Virus record (IMG/VR): IMGVR_UViG_3300029288_000155
DNA length: 64,000 nt
Strand: one strand, 5' to 3'
DNA from: an uncultured virus (IMG/VR IMGVR_UViG_3300029288_000155)
Taxonomy: Duplodnaviria > Heunggongvirae > Uroviricota > Caudoviricetes
Part shown: positions 10,381 to 19,914 of the stretch, piece after piece
Layout of the letters: the number at the start of each line of letters is the position of its first letter
Numbering within the stretch: the stretch's first letter is position 1
Notes under the pieces: model-generated
Database searches by the model: none
What the model saw: only the letters and a program-made list of their open reading frames with translations
Told to the model about the DNA's origin: nothing
Program-made: the position numbers and the translations under genes

Positions 10381-10401
10381 CTTTGTTTTTTGTTTCCTTA
10401 G

Positions 10402-10435
10402 AAACCTCCTTAACGACACATTAAGGGGGTTTTTT
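10402..10435 (+). terminator. Rho-independent terminator
   Basis: AAACCTCCTTAA / TTAAGGGGGTTT stem followed by a T run. Confidence 0.8.
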
Positions 10436-10509
10436 ATTTGTTCCAGGATAGTTTTTAATAAATATCTGTTGTAGTTCAAAACAGAAAAAAACAAAGAAAA
10501 GAAACAAAA

Positions 10510-11661
10510 ATGAACAAGTCTCAAGAAATCTATCAAAGCCAAAAAAAGCAAAAATTCCAACGTGAAAAAAGTGTAGAATATCGTGGAAAAACTTATAAAA
10601 ATGCTATTATGTTCTTTGGAGAAAATGCTATTGATTTTCGACAAGCATATAAAAATGGGATAGTTGACAACAATACAAATCTTGTTTGTGTTGAAAGAGA
10701 TGTTCATATTGCAGAAAAATTGAAAGCACAATTCCCAAAGAAATATTTTTCCAATTTACATATTGTTAATAATGATTTTTGTAGGATCGATTTTTCTGAA
10801 TATTTTGGAAAAAACAGTATAGACTATGTAAACTTCGATATTTGCGGGAATATGACATTCCCGATTATGGAAGCCTTTGACTGTCTAAATCCTTTACTAA
10901 GTAATAAATTGCGTTTTCATGCTACTTTATATGCTGTTTTGCGTCATCCAGGGAACGCTTTATCTTTAATTAAAGATATTATGAAGTGTTCTGACTCTGA
11001 TAAATATGACCCAAATTTCAAGTTTAATATATGGAATAAAAATCTATATAAGTTTAATATTATAAATTGGTTAAAAGAATATTGCAATAAACATAACACT
11101 ACCGAAGAAAACTTTTCTTGGGTTAGTAAAGAGTTGCAAGAATCTATTGCTTATCAATTGTCAATGGTCGCAAATCTTACTCATAATCATTGGTTCAAAA
11201 TAGATAGGTTTTCAGTTTATAAGAATAGCGATATTAATAATATGGCTTCTTATATGGTTTCTATTGACTGTAATAATGTTATAAATAAAGGAACATTAAA
11301 AACTGATAACGCCGATTTTATTGGGTATTTTGCTCCGGTTTTTCGAGAAGACCAATACGATTTTGACCTTGTTGAGTTTGTTTTTCCAAACGCTAACCCA
11401 AAAGGGATTACTTCTTTTACTGCTGGTATCCCTCTTATAAAAAAAGGGAAAAAAGTACAAAGAAATAAGAATGGACAAAAAAATCAAAAACTTACTTATC
11501 GAAAAATGTTGAATATTAAAGATAGAAATGATTTTGATGAAAAAAGAAACACCCAATCATTTTATGATGAAGCCAATAAAATCGCTCAAGAAAATAATAC
11601 GGCTATCGAACATATCTTTGCTGGAATAGCAAGGGAACTTACTTGTGAGGAAAACAGGTAA
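10510..11661 (+). CDS. Protein with a possible Rossmann-fold SAM methyltransferase-like N-terminal domain
   Basis: LVCVERD, IVNNDF and IDYVNFDICG resemble MTase strands 2-4; motif I is degenerate. Confidence 0.5.
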   Translation: MNKSQEIYQSQKKQKFQREKSVEYRGKTYKNAIMFFGENAIDFRQAYKNGIVDNNTNLVCVERDVHIAEKLKAQFPKKYFSNLHIVNNDFCRIDFSEYFGKNSIDYVNFDICGNMTFPIMEAFDCLNPLLSNKLRFHATLYAVLRHPGNALSLIKDIMKCSDSDKYDPNFKFNIWNKNLYKFNIINWLKEYCNKHNTTEENFSWVSKELQESIAYQLSMVANLTHNHWFKIDRFSVYKNSDINNMASYMVSIDCNNVINKGTLKTDNADFIGYFAPVFREDQYDFDLVEFVFPNANPKGITSFTAGIPLIKKGKKVQRNKNGQKNQKLTYRKMLNIKDRNDFDEKRNTQSFYDEANKIAQENNTAIEHIFAGIARELTCEENR

Positions 11662-11670
11662 GATATATAG

Positions 11671-11704
11671 AAATCCCCTTAGTTTTTCTAAGGGGATTTT
11701 CTTT
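11671..11704 (+). terminator. Rho-independent terminator
   Basis: AAATCCCCTTAG / CTAAGGGGATTT perfect stem. Confidence 0.8.
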
Positions 11705-11775
11705 GTTCCAGTAGAATGTGCTTCATCCAGGATCTATTTTTTATAATCTTGTATAAACAATTAAAGGAATAAAAA

Positions 11776-12234
11776 ATGAGACAAGACTATCCACCGGAAG
11801 TAATGAAAGAAATTTTCATTCAATCAATTAAAAAAAATGAGCATAAAAAAGCTATTTTATGTTTGGTTGATACAGTTAAAGAAGTTATAAACCCATTTTC
11901 TTCAAAAAAAACAGTTGATATTATTGTTGATTATTTTAATAATAAAGCAACAATACAAGACATACAAGATGAAATAAAAAAAATTGAAAAGATGGATATT
12001 TCAATAATGTCTTATAATGAATATGATTCTGTTCATATAGCTAAACATATAGCAGAAATCGTTATATATATGTATAATAATCCCAATGATGTAGGCATAG
12101 GAAGTTTAGCTTGGTTAGTAGTATTACGAGCAAATAAATATTCTTTTCACTATAATGACCATTTTGAACATCTTCAAAGAATGTATAAAACGATGAAAAA
12201 ACATTTTCCTTTTGATGAACTTTTTCCAATCTAA
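11776..12234 (+). CDS. Hypothetical protein
   Basis: 152-aa ORF, AAGGA RBS. Confidence 0.7.
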   Translation: MRQDYPPEVMKEIFIQSIKKNEHKKAILCLVDTVKEVINPFSSKKTVDIIVDYFNNKATIQDIQDEIKKIEKMDISIMSYNEYDSVHIAKHIAEIVIYMYNNPNDVGIGSLAWLVVLRANKYSFHYNDHFEHLQRMYKTMKKHFPFDELFPI

Positions 12235-12305
12235 AGGACTTTGTCCAGGATTAAATTTCTTGGAAGTATGTTGTTAAAATAAAAACTTTTTAAGGAATAA
12301 AAAAA

Positions 12306-12479
12306 ATGAACGAAAAATCTATGGAAACACAAATGGAAGTTTTAGAAGTAGCCGCACGTATTATGAAACTTTATCAAGACCATCTTCCAGAAGAAACTTT
12401 TAATTCAGTTATCTATGGTCTTAATCGTGTTAAAATGGATATTCAAGAAGAATATAGCTTATTGATGGGGAACGGATAA
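12306..12479 (+). CDS. Small hypothetical protein (57 aa); N-terminus similar to 17171..17332
   Basis: Element at 12244, RBS; TQMEVLEVAARIM vs SQMEILEQACKIL. Confidence 0.65.
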   Translation: MNEKSMETQMEVLEVAARIMKLYQDHLPEETFNSVIYGLNRVKMDIQEEYSLLMGNG

Positions 12480-12549
12480 TACTTTTTTCCCAGGATAAAT
12501 TTTCCAAATATTATATTGTCAATAATTAAACAATATAAAGGAAACAAAA

Positions 12550-13035
12550 ATGGAAACAAATCTATATTCTAAAAAATTTAATCAATATTTTGTTACGGAA
12601 AATAAAAAAATTGAATATATTGATTATTCGATTGAAGATATTATTAAAAAAATTAAAGACGTTGTTTTGCTTTTTAATCAATATTCAGGAACTTCTCTAA
12701 AGGCGAAAATTATAAAAAAATCAAATTCTGTAAGTATTTATATAGATTTTTTGAAATTAATAATAGATGAAAATAATATCTATTTTTATTCTTCAAAAGA
12801 TAATTATGAACAACATTTTTTTGTATTTAGTTTAGATTATAATTTCCAAAACGCGATGGCTATTATTTCAGTGATTTTATGTAAGGAATATAATACTTCT
12901 CTGGAAAATAAAATAGAGTTATTTTCAGAAATATCTGATAAAAATATGTATATCGGCTATATTAATAAATGGATTGCTTACTTCTCTTATAATAATTTTT
13001 ACAATCATAATTATATGAGAGATAATAGTTTATAA
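12550..13035 (+). CDS. Hypothetical protein
   Basis: 161-aa ORF, AAGGA RBS. Confidence 0.65.
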   Translation: METNLYSKKFNQYFVTENKKIEYIDYSIEDIIKKIKDVVLLFNQYSGTSLKAKIIKKSNSVSIYIDFLKLIIDENNIYFYSSKDNYEQHFFVFSLDYNFQNAMAIISVILCKEYNTSLENKIELFSEISDKNMYIGYINKWIAYFSYNNFYNHNYMRDNSL

Positions 13036-13098
13036 AATCCAGGATATATTTTCTAAATATTATATTGTTAACACTAAAACAATGTAAAGGAAACAAAA

Positions 13099-13398
13099 AT
13101 GGAAACTCAACAATCTCAAAATATCAGAGTAAGAAAAGTATATGATAATGGTGGAAAAACCCTTGATAGATATACTATTACTTTTGATTTATTTGATGAA
13201 AAAACAAGAAAATGGGAACCTTGGATTTCTCATCAAAACTTCTTAACTTGTCTTGGATTATCTGGGGGGGAAATGAATTATTTTGGATTTAGTCAATTTA
13301 GTTCCTGTACTCCAGGGCGTCACTTGGGAAAACTAGTAAAGTTTGAAAACTTACCAGAAAATGTCCAAGAACATATCAAATTCAGAATGAAAAATTAA
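13099..13398 (+). CDS. Hypothetical phage protein, paralog of 14966..15271
   Basis: DNxGxxLDRYT and SQFSSCxxGxHLGKxxxFxNLPENV shared. Confidence 0.8.
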   Translation: METQQSQNIRVRKVYDNGGKTLDRYTITFDLFDEKTRKWEPWISHQNFLTCLGLSGGEMNYFGFSQFSSCTPGRHLGKLVKFENLPENVQEHIKFRMKN

Positions 13399-13433
13399 TT
13401 TTCCCCCAGGATAAATAAATATCAATATCTATT

Positions 13434-13715
13434 ATGGAAAAACTTAATAAAATAAAAATAGAATCAAAAATAGATATTGATTTTTACCTAACAATATCTA
13501 TAACAAAAGAAAATAATGAAAAACATTTTTTCATATATACAAGTGATTCTTTAGAATCCCTAAAAAAAGAAATTTTTACTTTTGTTGATTTAGCGAATGG
13601 AATTATAAATAATAATGAAATAAATAATGTTCTAAAATTAAGTATGGATATTATTTTTGAATGGGAAATGGAAAATAAACTTATTAATATGAGACCATTC
13701 TGGAAAGAAATTTAA
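13434..13715 (+). CDS. Hypothetical protein
   Basis: 93-aa ORF, possibly leaderless (ATG 29 nt after the CCCAGG start). Confidence 0.55.
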   Translation: MEKLNKIKIESKIDIDFYLTISITKENNEKHFFIYTSDSLESLKKEIFTFVDLANGIINNNEINNVLKLSMDIIFEWEMENKLINMRPFWKEI

Positions 13716-13784
13716 TCCCAGTTATATAGATTTCGTCCAGGATATATTTTTTACAAATTAATATAATAATTAAAGGAATAAAGG

Positions 13785-14144
13785 ATGTTAAATCACTTAC
13801 TTGATAAATCATATTTGTCATCTTTGATTAAAGAACAAATAAATAATATGAAAAAAGGTCAAACTGTATTTACAGTATATGATGTTGCTGAGTTATTAAT
13901 AACCCATATAAAAGTTAATCCATCTTTGAATTCTTCTAAAAAATTTCAAGAATCTTTGATTCTTAAAATTCCCTATAAAAATATTATCAAGATTATAAAT
14001 GGTATTCTTGTGGATATTATAGATAATACCTATAATTATAACAGAACCTTGACAATTTTAGATACTCAAAATAATATCAGTGCTTTCGTGTATCACCCAA
14101 TAACTAAAAAATATACAGAACATCCGTTAATAAAAAAATCGTAG
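13785..14144 (+). CDS. Hypothetical protein
   Basis: 119-aa ORF, AAGGA RBS. Confidence 0.65.
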   Translation: MLNHLLDKSYLSSLIKEQINNMKKGQTVFTVYDVAELLITHIKVNPSLNSSKKFQESLILKIPYKNIIKIINGILVDIIDNTYNYNRTLTILDTQNNISAFVYHPITKKYTEHPLIKKS

Positions 14145-14226
14145 GGAACTTATTAAAAATTAATAATATTTTCCAGGATCTATTTTTTATTTATTATAAC
14201 ACTAACACCAAAATAAGGGTAAAAAA

Positions 14227-14859
14227 ATGAGCCAAAACGTAATAAATGAAAAAATGGAAATTGCAAAAGAATGTATCTCTAAAAATATTAAAACACTGTT
14301 AGAAACATATCAGGGAGAATATAAAAATAATATAAACCTTGCAAGACAAGAAACTTATAATGCTTTCAATGAAATATGTGATTTTGAAAAAATAAATATA
14401 AGAAAAAACATATCAATGTATTCGTGTCAAATCTTGAATACCGCTATTCAAGATTTACTAAATACTTTAACCCATGATTACGTATATTTATTAAAAAATC
14501 TTGATGGAAAAATTTCACATTGCAATAGGGCAATTCTATCCCCTATTAACCAATATCAACCTGAAAACGACATAATAAAATATACTATTGATATGTATGA
14601 ATTATGTTTTAATTCCAGTGCTTATCAATATGCTATCGAAATTGGTTTTTATAAAAAAATATATGTTTATTTGAAAAATAAAGATGGACAATTTCTAAAA
14701 AATTGTGTAAAATTAAGAGATACTATTTTAAGTGAAATTAAAAAAGAAATAAGTAATGATAAATTCTATGCAAAAGATAAGTTAGAAGGACTTAAGACAG
14801 CACTCGAATTTGTTGAAAATTATGTAATATCCGAAGACTATACAATGAAATATTTTTGA
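14227..14859 (+). CDS. Hypothetical protein
   Basis: 210-aa ORF. Confidence 0.7.
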   Translation: MSQNVINEKMEIAKECISKNIKTLLETYQGEYKNNINLARQETYNAFNEICDFEKINIRKNISMYSCQILNTAIQDLLNTLTHDYVYLLKNLDGKISHCNRAILSPINQYQPENDIIKYTIDMYELCFNSSAYQYAIEIGFYKKIYVYLKNKDGQFLKNCVKLRDTILSEIKKEISNDKFYAKDKLEGLKTALEFVENYVISEDYTMKYF

Positions 14860-14965
14860 TTCCAGTAGAATGTACTTCGTCCAGTCTTTAGGACTTCGTC
14901 CAGGATTAAAAAATCCTATTTTATATTGTTAATTTTAATTTAATATAAAAAAGGAAACACTAAAA

Positions 14966-15271
14966 ATGACTACTTTATTATCAAAAACAAAAGTGCAATA
15001 TAAAATCTATAAAATATGGGATAATGAGGGGGGATCATTAGATCGATACACCGTAACTTTTAAGTATCTTTCTGGTCAAAAATATAAAAAACTTATGGCT
15101 TCTTATAATTTATTGGAATGTCTATGCTTATCTGATAATTGTAATATGCCAAACGGAATAAGCCAATTTTCATCTTGTCAAGAAGGAAATCACCTAGGAA
15201 AAGAAATTTTATTTGACAATCTTCCCGAAAATGTTAAAATAAATATCAGAAATAGAATGTTCCAGGATTAA
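14966..15271 (+). CDS. Hypothetical phage protein, paralog of 13099..13398
   Basis: Shared motifs; stop overlaps the next TCCAGGAT. Confidence 0.8.
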   Translation: MTTLLSKTKVQYKIYKIWDNEGGSLDRYTVTFKYLSGQKYKKLMASYNLLECLCLSDNCNMPNGISQFSSCQEGNHLGKEILFDNLPENVKINIRNRMFQD

Positions 15272-15291
15272 TTTTCTTGGAAATAATGTGT

Positions 15292-15580
15292 TCTTTGACA
15301 ACAAAATAATAAGTGTTTTGCAGAGATATAGTCTATTAAAGACAAACCATATAGATATATCGTATCGGTCAAACAGAATTCTAAACCCCTTACAAAGGGG
15401 GAAAAATATATTAAAAAATATAAAGATTTTTTGCAAAATTGTTATCTTTAGATGTTTTTAATATAGAAGGGTAAAGGTCGATACAAGGGTATGATATGTT
15501 AGGTTTTAATAGATAGAAAATTAGACTAAAATCCTATTATTTTGTGGAGTGGACCGATTTTTCTGATTGTTGTAAAGAAA
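15292..15580 (+). ncRNA. Candidate rod-like structured ncRNA
   Basis: ORF-free unit behind TCCAGG-N17-TAATGT. Nested stems: 15301-15311/15535-15545, 15332-15340/15505-15513, 15362-15370/15476-15484, 15407-15417/15455-15465, 15421-15427/15444-15450. Confidence 0.55.
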
Positions 15581-15782
15581 ATAGGGTAGAAGCGTTGAGC
15601 CAAAATGTAGGTAGGCATATTGAGCCTTATCCCCTTAAATAATACCAACAATTTGCAGGGGCATTAAATCACATCATTCTTTTGGAAATACTTATTATTT
15701 TATTTTAACAATTCTAGTCCAGGATTAATTTTTTGAAAATTATGTCGTGACTAACATTAAAAATAACATAAAGGAAACAAAG

Positions 15783-16463
15783 ATGATTAAGACAAGTAAA
15801 ATTCAATCCGTTGTTGTGGTTATGCCGAAACAAGATAAACCTGTTATCGGGATTACCCCAAAGCAAGCCATTGAATTTTTCGATGGTATCGGTAGTGCAA
15901 AAATGATTACCTTGGAAACCCTAACCAAAGAAAGTCAATTACGGGTTTTTGCCATTAACGGAAGCAAAGAACGTTGTAATTATGGTGAAAATGATGTTTT
16001 GAAACATTGTTTTGTAAATGGGGTTATTGCTAGCGACTATGAAGCCGCTGTTAATCGCCAACTGGTTAAAGAAGGCAAAGAACCTATTTTCAAAGCTGAA
16101 AAACCGGCATGGGGACATTCGGTAGGCGATGGAAAAACCTTAGAAACCCATGAAAAAATCGACGGTGAAAAAAATCTTTATGTTGCATTTCGTCCCTTGC
16201 GTTGCCTTAGTAAAGAATACCTTGACACTAACGAAAAAAAGATTGATGAAAATTATCTTAAACGTTTCATCAAAGAAAAAATCGAAACGACACGGCAAGG
16301 AACTGGAACCGTTATTCTTTGGCGAAAATACAAGCTATCGTCAATCAAGGGTTTTAACTATGGTGGTTATAAGTTTGTAATTTGTAACGACGCCGAAATT
16401 ATGACGGATATTAAAGAGTTTATCGAACAAACTCAAGACCAGGTGGAAACCATTGTAGAATAA
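15783..16463 (+). CDS. Hypothetical protein
   Basis: AAAGGA RBS before ATG 15783; followed by a terminator. Confidence 0.8.
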   Translation: MIKTSKIQSVVVVMPKQDKPVIGITPKQAIEFFDGIGSAKMITLETLTKESQLRVFAINGSKERCNYGENDVLKHCFVNGVIASDYEAAVNRQLVKEGKEPIFKAEKPAWGHSVGDGKTLETHEKIDGEKNLYVAFRPLRCLSKEYLDTNEKKIDENYLKRFIKEKIETTRQGTGTVILWRKYKLSSIKGFNYGGYKFVICNDAEIMTDIKEFIEQTQDQVETIVE

Positions 16464-16483
16464 CGTTCACACCTTTCATAGCG

Positions 16484-16524
16484 ATAAGAGGAAAGATATA
16501 GATTTATCTTTCCTCTTATTTTTT
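16484..16524 (+). terminator. Rho-independent terminator
   Basis: 15-bp perfect stem ATAAGAGGAAAGATA / TATCTTTCCTCTTAT plus T run. Confidence 0.8.
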
Positions 16525-16578
16525 CTTGTCCAGGATAAAATTCTTATAAACTTATATAATAAAATAAGGAATAAAAAA

Positions 16579-16833
16579 ATGAATAGAATGAAGTATATTA
16601 TTTTTCTTGGGAAAGATGAAATAAAATATCCTTTTATATTTGATGAACTTTTTGACCATAATGAAATAGCTTTAAGTATTAATACTAATTTTTATCGTCC
16701 TATTTCAGCAGGATTTATTCAAGTATATCCAAATTCAGAAAACCCTATTTCTGTTTTTGGGGAAAGTAAAACTTTACAATTAAAATCTAACCCCGACGAC
16801 GTTAAATTAATTCAAAAAAGAATGGGAATGTAA
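16579..16833 (+). CDS. Hypothetical phage protein (KYI...F...H...SAGF...GESxTLxLxS)
   Basis: 84-aa ORF, AAGGA RBS. Confidence 0.75.
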   Translation: MNRMKYIIFLGKDEIKYPFIFDELFDHNEIALSINTNFYRPISAGFIQVYPNSENPISVFGESKTLQLKSNPDDVKLIQKRMGM

Positions 16834-16898
16834 TAATTTTCCAGGATTGAAAAATCTATTTTTATGTTGTAACTAACAACAATATAAGGAACAAAAAA

Positions 16899-17081
16899 AT
16901 GACTATAGTAGAAAAATTGAGAGAGTTATCAAAAAAAGCTAAAAATGATAAAGTTTATCTGCCTGATACCCCTGTTGCTCAATGGCTTGATGGAACTGTA
17001 GCGAATCCAGAAAAATATATCGAATGGAAATATATCAATTTATCAGAATTATTACAGTATATTGCTGATATGGCTGAATAA
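16899..17081 (+). CDS. Hypothetical protein
   Basis: 60-aa ORF with promoter element and RBS. Confidence 0.7.
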   Translation: MTIVEKLRELSKKAKNDKVYLPDTPVAQWLDGTVANPEKYIEWKYINLSELLQYIADMAE

Positions 17082-17170
17082 TTTTCAGTTGAATAAACTT
17101 TGTCTAGTCCAGGATAAAATTCTTATCTTTTATAGTGTTAAAAAAACAACACTAAAATAAGGAACAAAAA

Positions 17171-17332
17171 ATGACAGATTCGCAAATGGAAATTTTAGAA
17201 CAGGCTTGTAAAATTCTGATGGACGAAAGCAATAAGGAAACAGACCATGACGCTACTGGAGCTATTCCAGCAGAATTGTTAAAACTATTTTGCACACAAA
17301 TATTCTATCTAAAAATGAAATATAAAAAATAA
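17171..17332 (+). CDS. Small hypothetical protein (53 aa)
   Basis: Element at 17108, AAGGA RBS. Confidence 0.65.
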   Translation: MTDSQMEILEQACKILMDESNKETDHDATGAIPAELLKLFCTQIFYLKMKYKK

Positions 17333-17598
17333 ATCTTTGTCCAGGATTAAAAAAATAGATTTTATAGAGTTAAAGCTAAAATAAAAAGATTAAAAATAAA
17401 TAAAAGAAAGTGAGTATGTACAATGATGACCCGATAAACAAAGTTAAAACTTTAATGTAAAAATTAAATTAAACTTAGGTTAAAAATGGAACAAAAATGG
17501 AAGGGATTAAACTATGAGTGAGCCACCGGGTAAAAACTAAAAAGTTTATATTTTTTAATCACTATTAAATTTATTAAATTATTAACTTTACAAAACAG

Positions 17599-17640
17599 AA
17601 AGCCATTGCCCTAAAATTAATTGGGAATGGCTTTTTTATT
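17599..17640 (+). terminator. Rho-independent terminator ending an ORF-poor transcription unit
   Basis: AAAGCCATTgCCC / GGGAATGGCTTT stem plus T run. Confidence 0.7.
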
Positions 17641-17704
17641 TTCCAGGATTAATTTTATATCTTTTATAGTATAAAAATAACACTAAAATAAAGGAACAAA
17701 AAAA

Positions 17705-18157
17705 ATGAATAGCACTTTAACAAAAAATCAGATGATAAAAAAATTCAAAACCTTTATTGAAGATGGGATTAATAAAAGTATTACTGTTGAAATAAGATAT
17801 GATGACCAATGTAATAATGGGCATAATACCTTTAGCATTACTGCGATTATGTCAGAAAATGGAAAAATAGTTTCTTGCGGATGTTTACATAATGAAATCA
17901 TTAAACATTTTCCCGAATTAAAAAAATATATTAAATGGCATTTATGTTCTTCTGATGGTCCTTTATATTATATTGAAAATACCCTATTTTGGGTAAAAGA
18001 AAAGAACTGGAAAAATGCCAAAGCTACGGCAATCTGGCCAAAAGCTACTATTAAACAATTATCATGTGAACACTTAGAATATTTACTTGAAACAAGAAAA
18101 CCCGCCTTAATGGAAAAATTCAAAAAAGATATTGAATCGCTAGGGTTTATTTATTAG
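17705..18157 (+). CDS. Hypothetical phage protein (RYDDxCxNGHNTFSIT, GCxHxEI motifs)
   Basis: 150-aa ORF, AAGGA RBS. Confidence 0.8.
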   Translation: MNSTLTKNQMIKKFKTFIEDGINKSITVEIRYDDQCNNGHNTFSITAIMSENGKIVSCGCLHNEIIKHFPELKKYIKWHLCSSDGPLYYIENTLFWVKEKNWKNAKATAIWPKATIKQLSCEHLEYLLETRKPALMEKFKKDIESLGFIY

Positions 18158-18231
18158 TATATTCCAGTTTGAAAGGACTTTGTCCAGGATCTAAATATCC
18201 TATTGTTTATAAATAAAAAAAGGATAAAAAA

Positions 18232-18357
18232 ATGGATAATCAAACAAAAGAACAAGAAAAAGAAGAAAAAATGAAAGAAAAAATTTCCCAATGGGAAACT
18301 ACCTGGAAAAATGGATGGATGAAAAAGAAACCTAAAAAATATGGAAAAAAGAAGTAA
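18232..18357 (+). CDS. Small basic hypothetical protein (41 aa)
   Basis: Element at 18183, AAGGA RBS. Confidence 0.55.
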   Translation: MDNQTKEQEKEEKMKEKISQWETTWKNGWMKKKPKKYGKKK

Positions 18358-18405
18358 AGTCCAGTCAAAGGACTTTGTCCAGGATTAAAAAAATAAAAAG
18401 TATAG

Positions 18406-18608
18406 TGTAAGAATGACAAGTGAATAGTTTTGATATTGCTAAAAACGGCTTCCAGTGTTTTATTCCTTGGTTAGGCGTAAAACACACCTATCTTAGCCAA
18501 ATAGGGGATAGCTTGTCAATAGGCTGTTGACGGGCAATAGTTAAAAAGATTTATAAGCATTGAGCTTATAAAGACTTTTAGCAAAACTATCCACCTCTTA
18601 TTCTTACA
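18406..18608 (+). ncRNA. Candidate multi-helix ncRNA with a loop-loop (kissing) interaction
   Basis: Behind TCCAGG-N17-TATAGT; no RBS/ORF; closing stems, four internal hairpins and complementary loops (see findings). Confidence 0.68.
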
Positions 18609-18675
18609 ATTTTCCAGGATTAAAAAATCCCATTTTATATTGTTAATAAAAAACAACAGTATAAAGGAACAAAAA

Positions 18676-18903
18676 ATGAGAAGTATTGCTTTACTAAAAA
18701 ATGGTCAAAAAGTTTCTTTAGTTAATTTTGAAACACGCGACGAAATTGCAACTGGAACTATTATTCAACCTGTTATTTTTCCTGATAATTATGTAAAGTA
18801 TATTGTAGAATTGGATAAAAAATTTGTATTATCCAATTTTGAAAAAAATATTTCTTATTGTCATATCGTTGCGGACCCGTGTTCTTTGGAAGTTAATGAA
18901 TAA
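18676..18903 (+). CDS. Hypothetical protein
   Basis: AAAGGA RBS before ATG 18676. Confidence 0.7.
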   Translation: MRSIALLKNGQKVSLVNFETRDEIATGTIIQPVIFPDNYVKYIVELDKKFVLSNFEKNISYCHIVADPCSLEVNE

Positions 18904-18969
18904 TTTCCAGGATATATTTTTTAGATTTTATATTGTAATTAAAAACAAATAAAATAAGGAACAAAAAAA

Positions 18970-19284
18970 ATGAAACTCTTAACAAAAACTATTGAAAAAA
19001 ATATTCCCGCTTTATATGCTCAAGACGGAAAAGGGAAAAATACTATGGCTTATGTAAAGTTTTTCTTAGATAGCTTTACTTGGTACGCAACAGAGTATTC
19101 CCAAGAAGAAAAATTATTTTTTGGAAAAGTATATTCTAGTCTTTGCCCAGAAGGGGAATTTGGGTATTTTTCCTTAGATGAGTTATCCCAAGTAAAAAAT
19201 AGATACGGATGCGGAGTTGAGAGAGATTTATACTTCAAGCCTACTTTATTAAAAGATTGTGAAAATCCCTGTATTAGCAAATAA
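18970..19284 (+). CDS. DUF2958-like protein
   Basis: PALYAQD, VKFF, TWYATE, FFG, ExGYFSLDEL, VERDLYF. Confidence 0.85.
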   Translation: MKLLTKTIEKNIPALYAQDGKGKNTMAYVKFFLDSFTWYATEYSQEEKLFFGKVYSSLCPEGEFGYFSLDELSQVKNRYGCGVERDLYFKPTLLKDCENPCISK

Positions 19285-19362
19285 TTCCAGTAGAATAGAC
19301 TTCGTCCAGGATCTAAAAAGTCTATTTTATATTGTTAATAAAAAACATTAAAGGAATAAAAA

Positions 19363-19563
19363 ATGACCCCTAAACAAATTCAAACAGCAAAAAAGAAAAT
19401 AAAAAAACTGTATGGATTAAAAAGGGTTATTACTGATAATGAGGTTATATTAGAAGTAAATAACCTTAAAAGAAAAAATCAAAATGGAAATTTAGATGAT
19501 TTCTCTCTGAATCTATTTAATGAGTTATCCACTGGACAAAATCCAATTAATCTTGAAAATTAA
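19363..19563 (+). CDS. Hypothetical protein
   Basis: 66-aa ORF with promoter element and RBS. Confidence 0.65.
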   Translation: MTPKQIQTAKKKIKKLYGLKRVITDNEVILEVNNLKRKNQNGNLDDFSLNLFNELSTGQNPINLEN

Positions 19564-19647
19564 TAGTCCAGTTTACTTTCAGTCCAGGATTAAAAAAGTA
19601 CATTTTCTATTGTGTTTTTAATTTAAATTTTTATAAGGAATTAAAAA

Positions 19648-19914
19648 ATGAGTCTTAAATTTACTTGTCCAAAATGTGGCAAAAACAGATTAGATTGTGT
19701 GGAAAATGTTACTACTGTAAATTCAGAAATTACAGATATTGATGAAGAAGGGAATTTTGAATATGGGGGAATGATGATTACTGGGGATTATAATGAAGTT
19801 TCTCATTTTGAATGTGTAGATTGTGGATTTATTCCACAAGATGATACTGATTCAGATATTAATGATAATTTAGATTTAGTAGATTGGATTAAGGAACATT
19901 GTCCTCAAGAATAA
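19648..19914 (+). CDS. Acidic zinc-ribbon protein, paralog of the C-half of 4860..5267
   Basis: CPKC and CVDC; shared terminal DLVDW...CPQE. Confidence 0.75.
   Translation: MSLKFTCPKCGKNRLDCVENVTTVNSEITDIDEEGNFEYGGMMITGDYNEVSHFECVDCGFIPQDDTDSDINDNLDLVDWIKEHCPQE

Noticed and set aside
18406..18608. tRNA, tmRNA or SRP RNA identity for the structured RNA
   Set aside because: No T-loop/CCA cloverleaf, no tag reading frame and no SRP helix-8 motif were found.
196..19280. Minus-strand and nested ORFs in the early region (e.g. 196..396, 415..744, 10354..10731, 15209..15436), and similar shadow ORFs elsewhere
   Set aside because: They are F/I/L-rich antisense shadows of AT-rich genes, without RBS or recognisable motifs.
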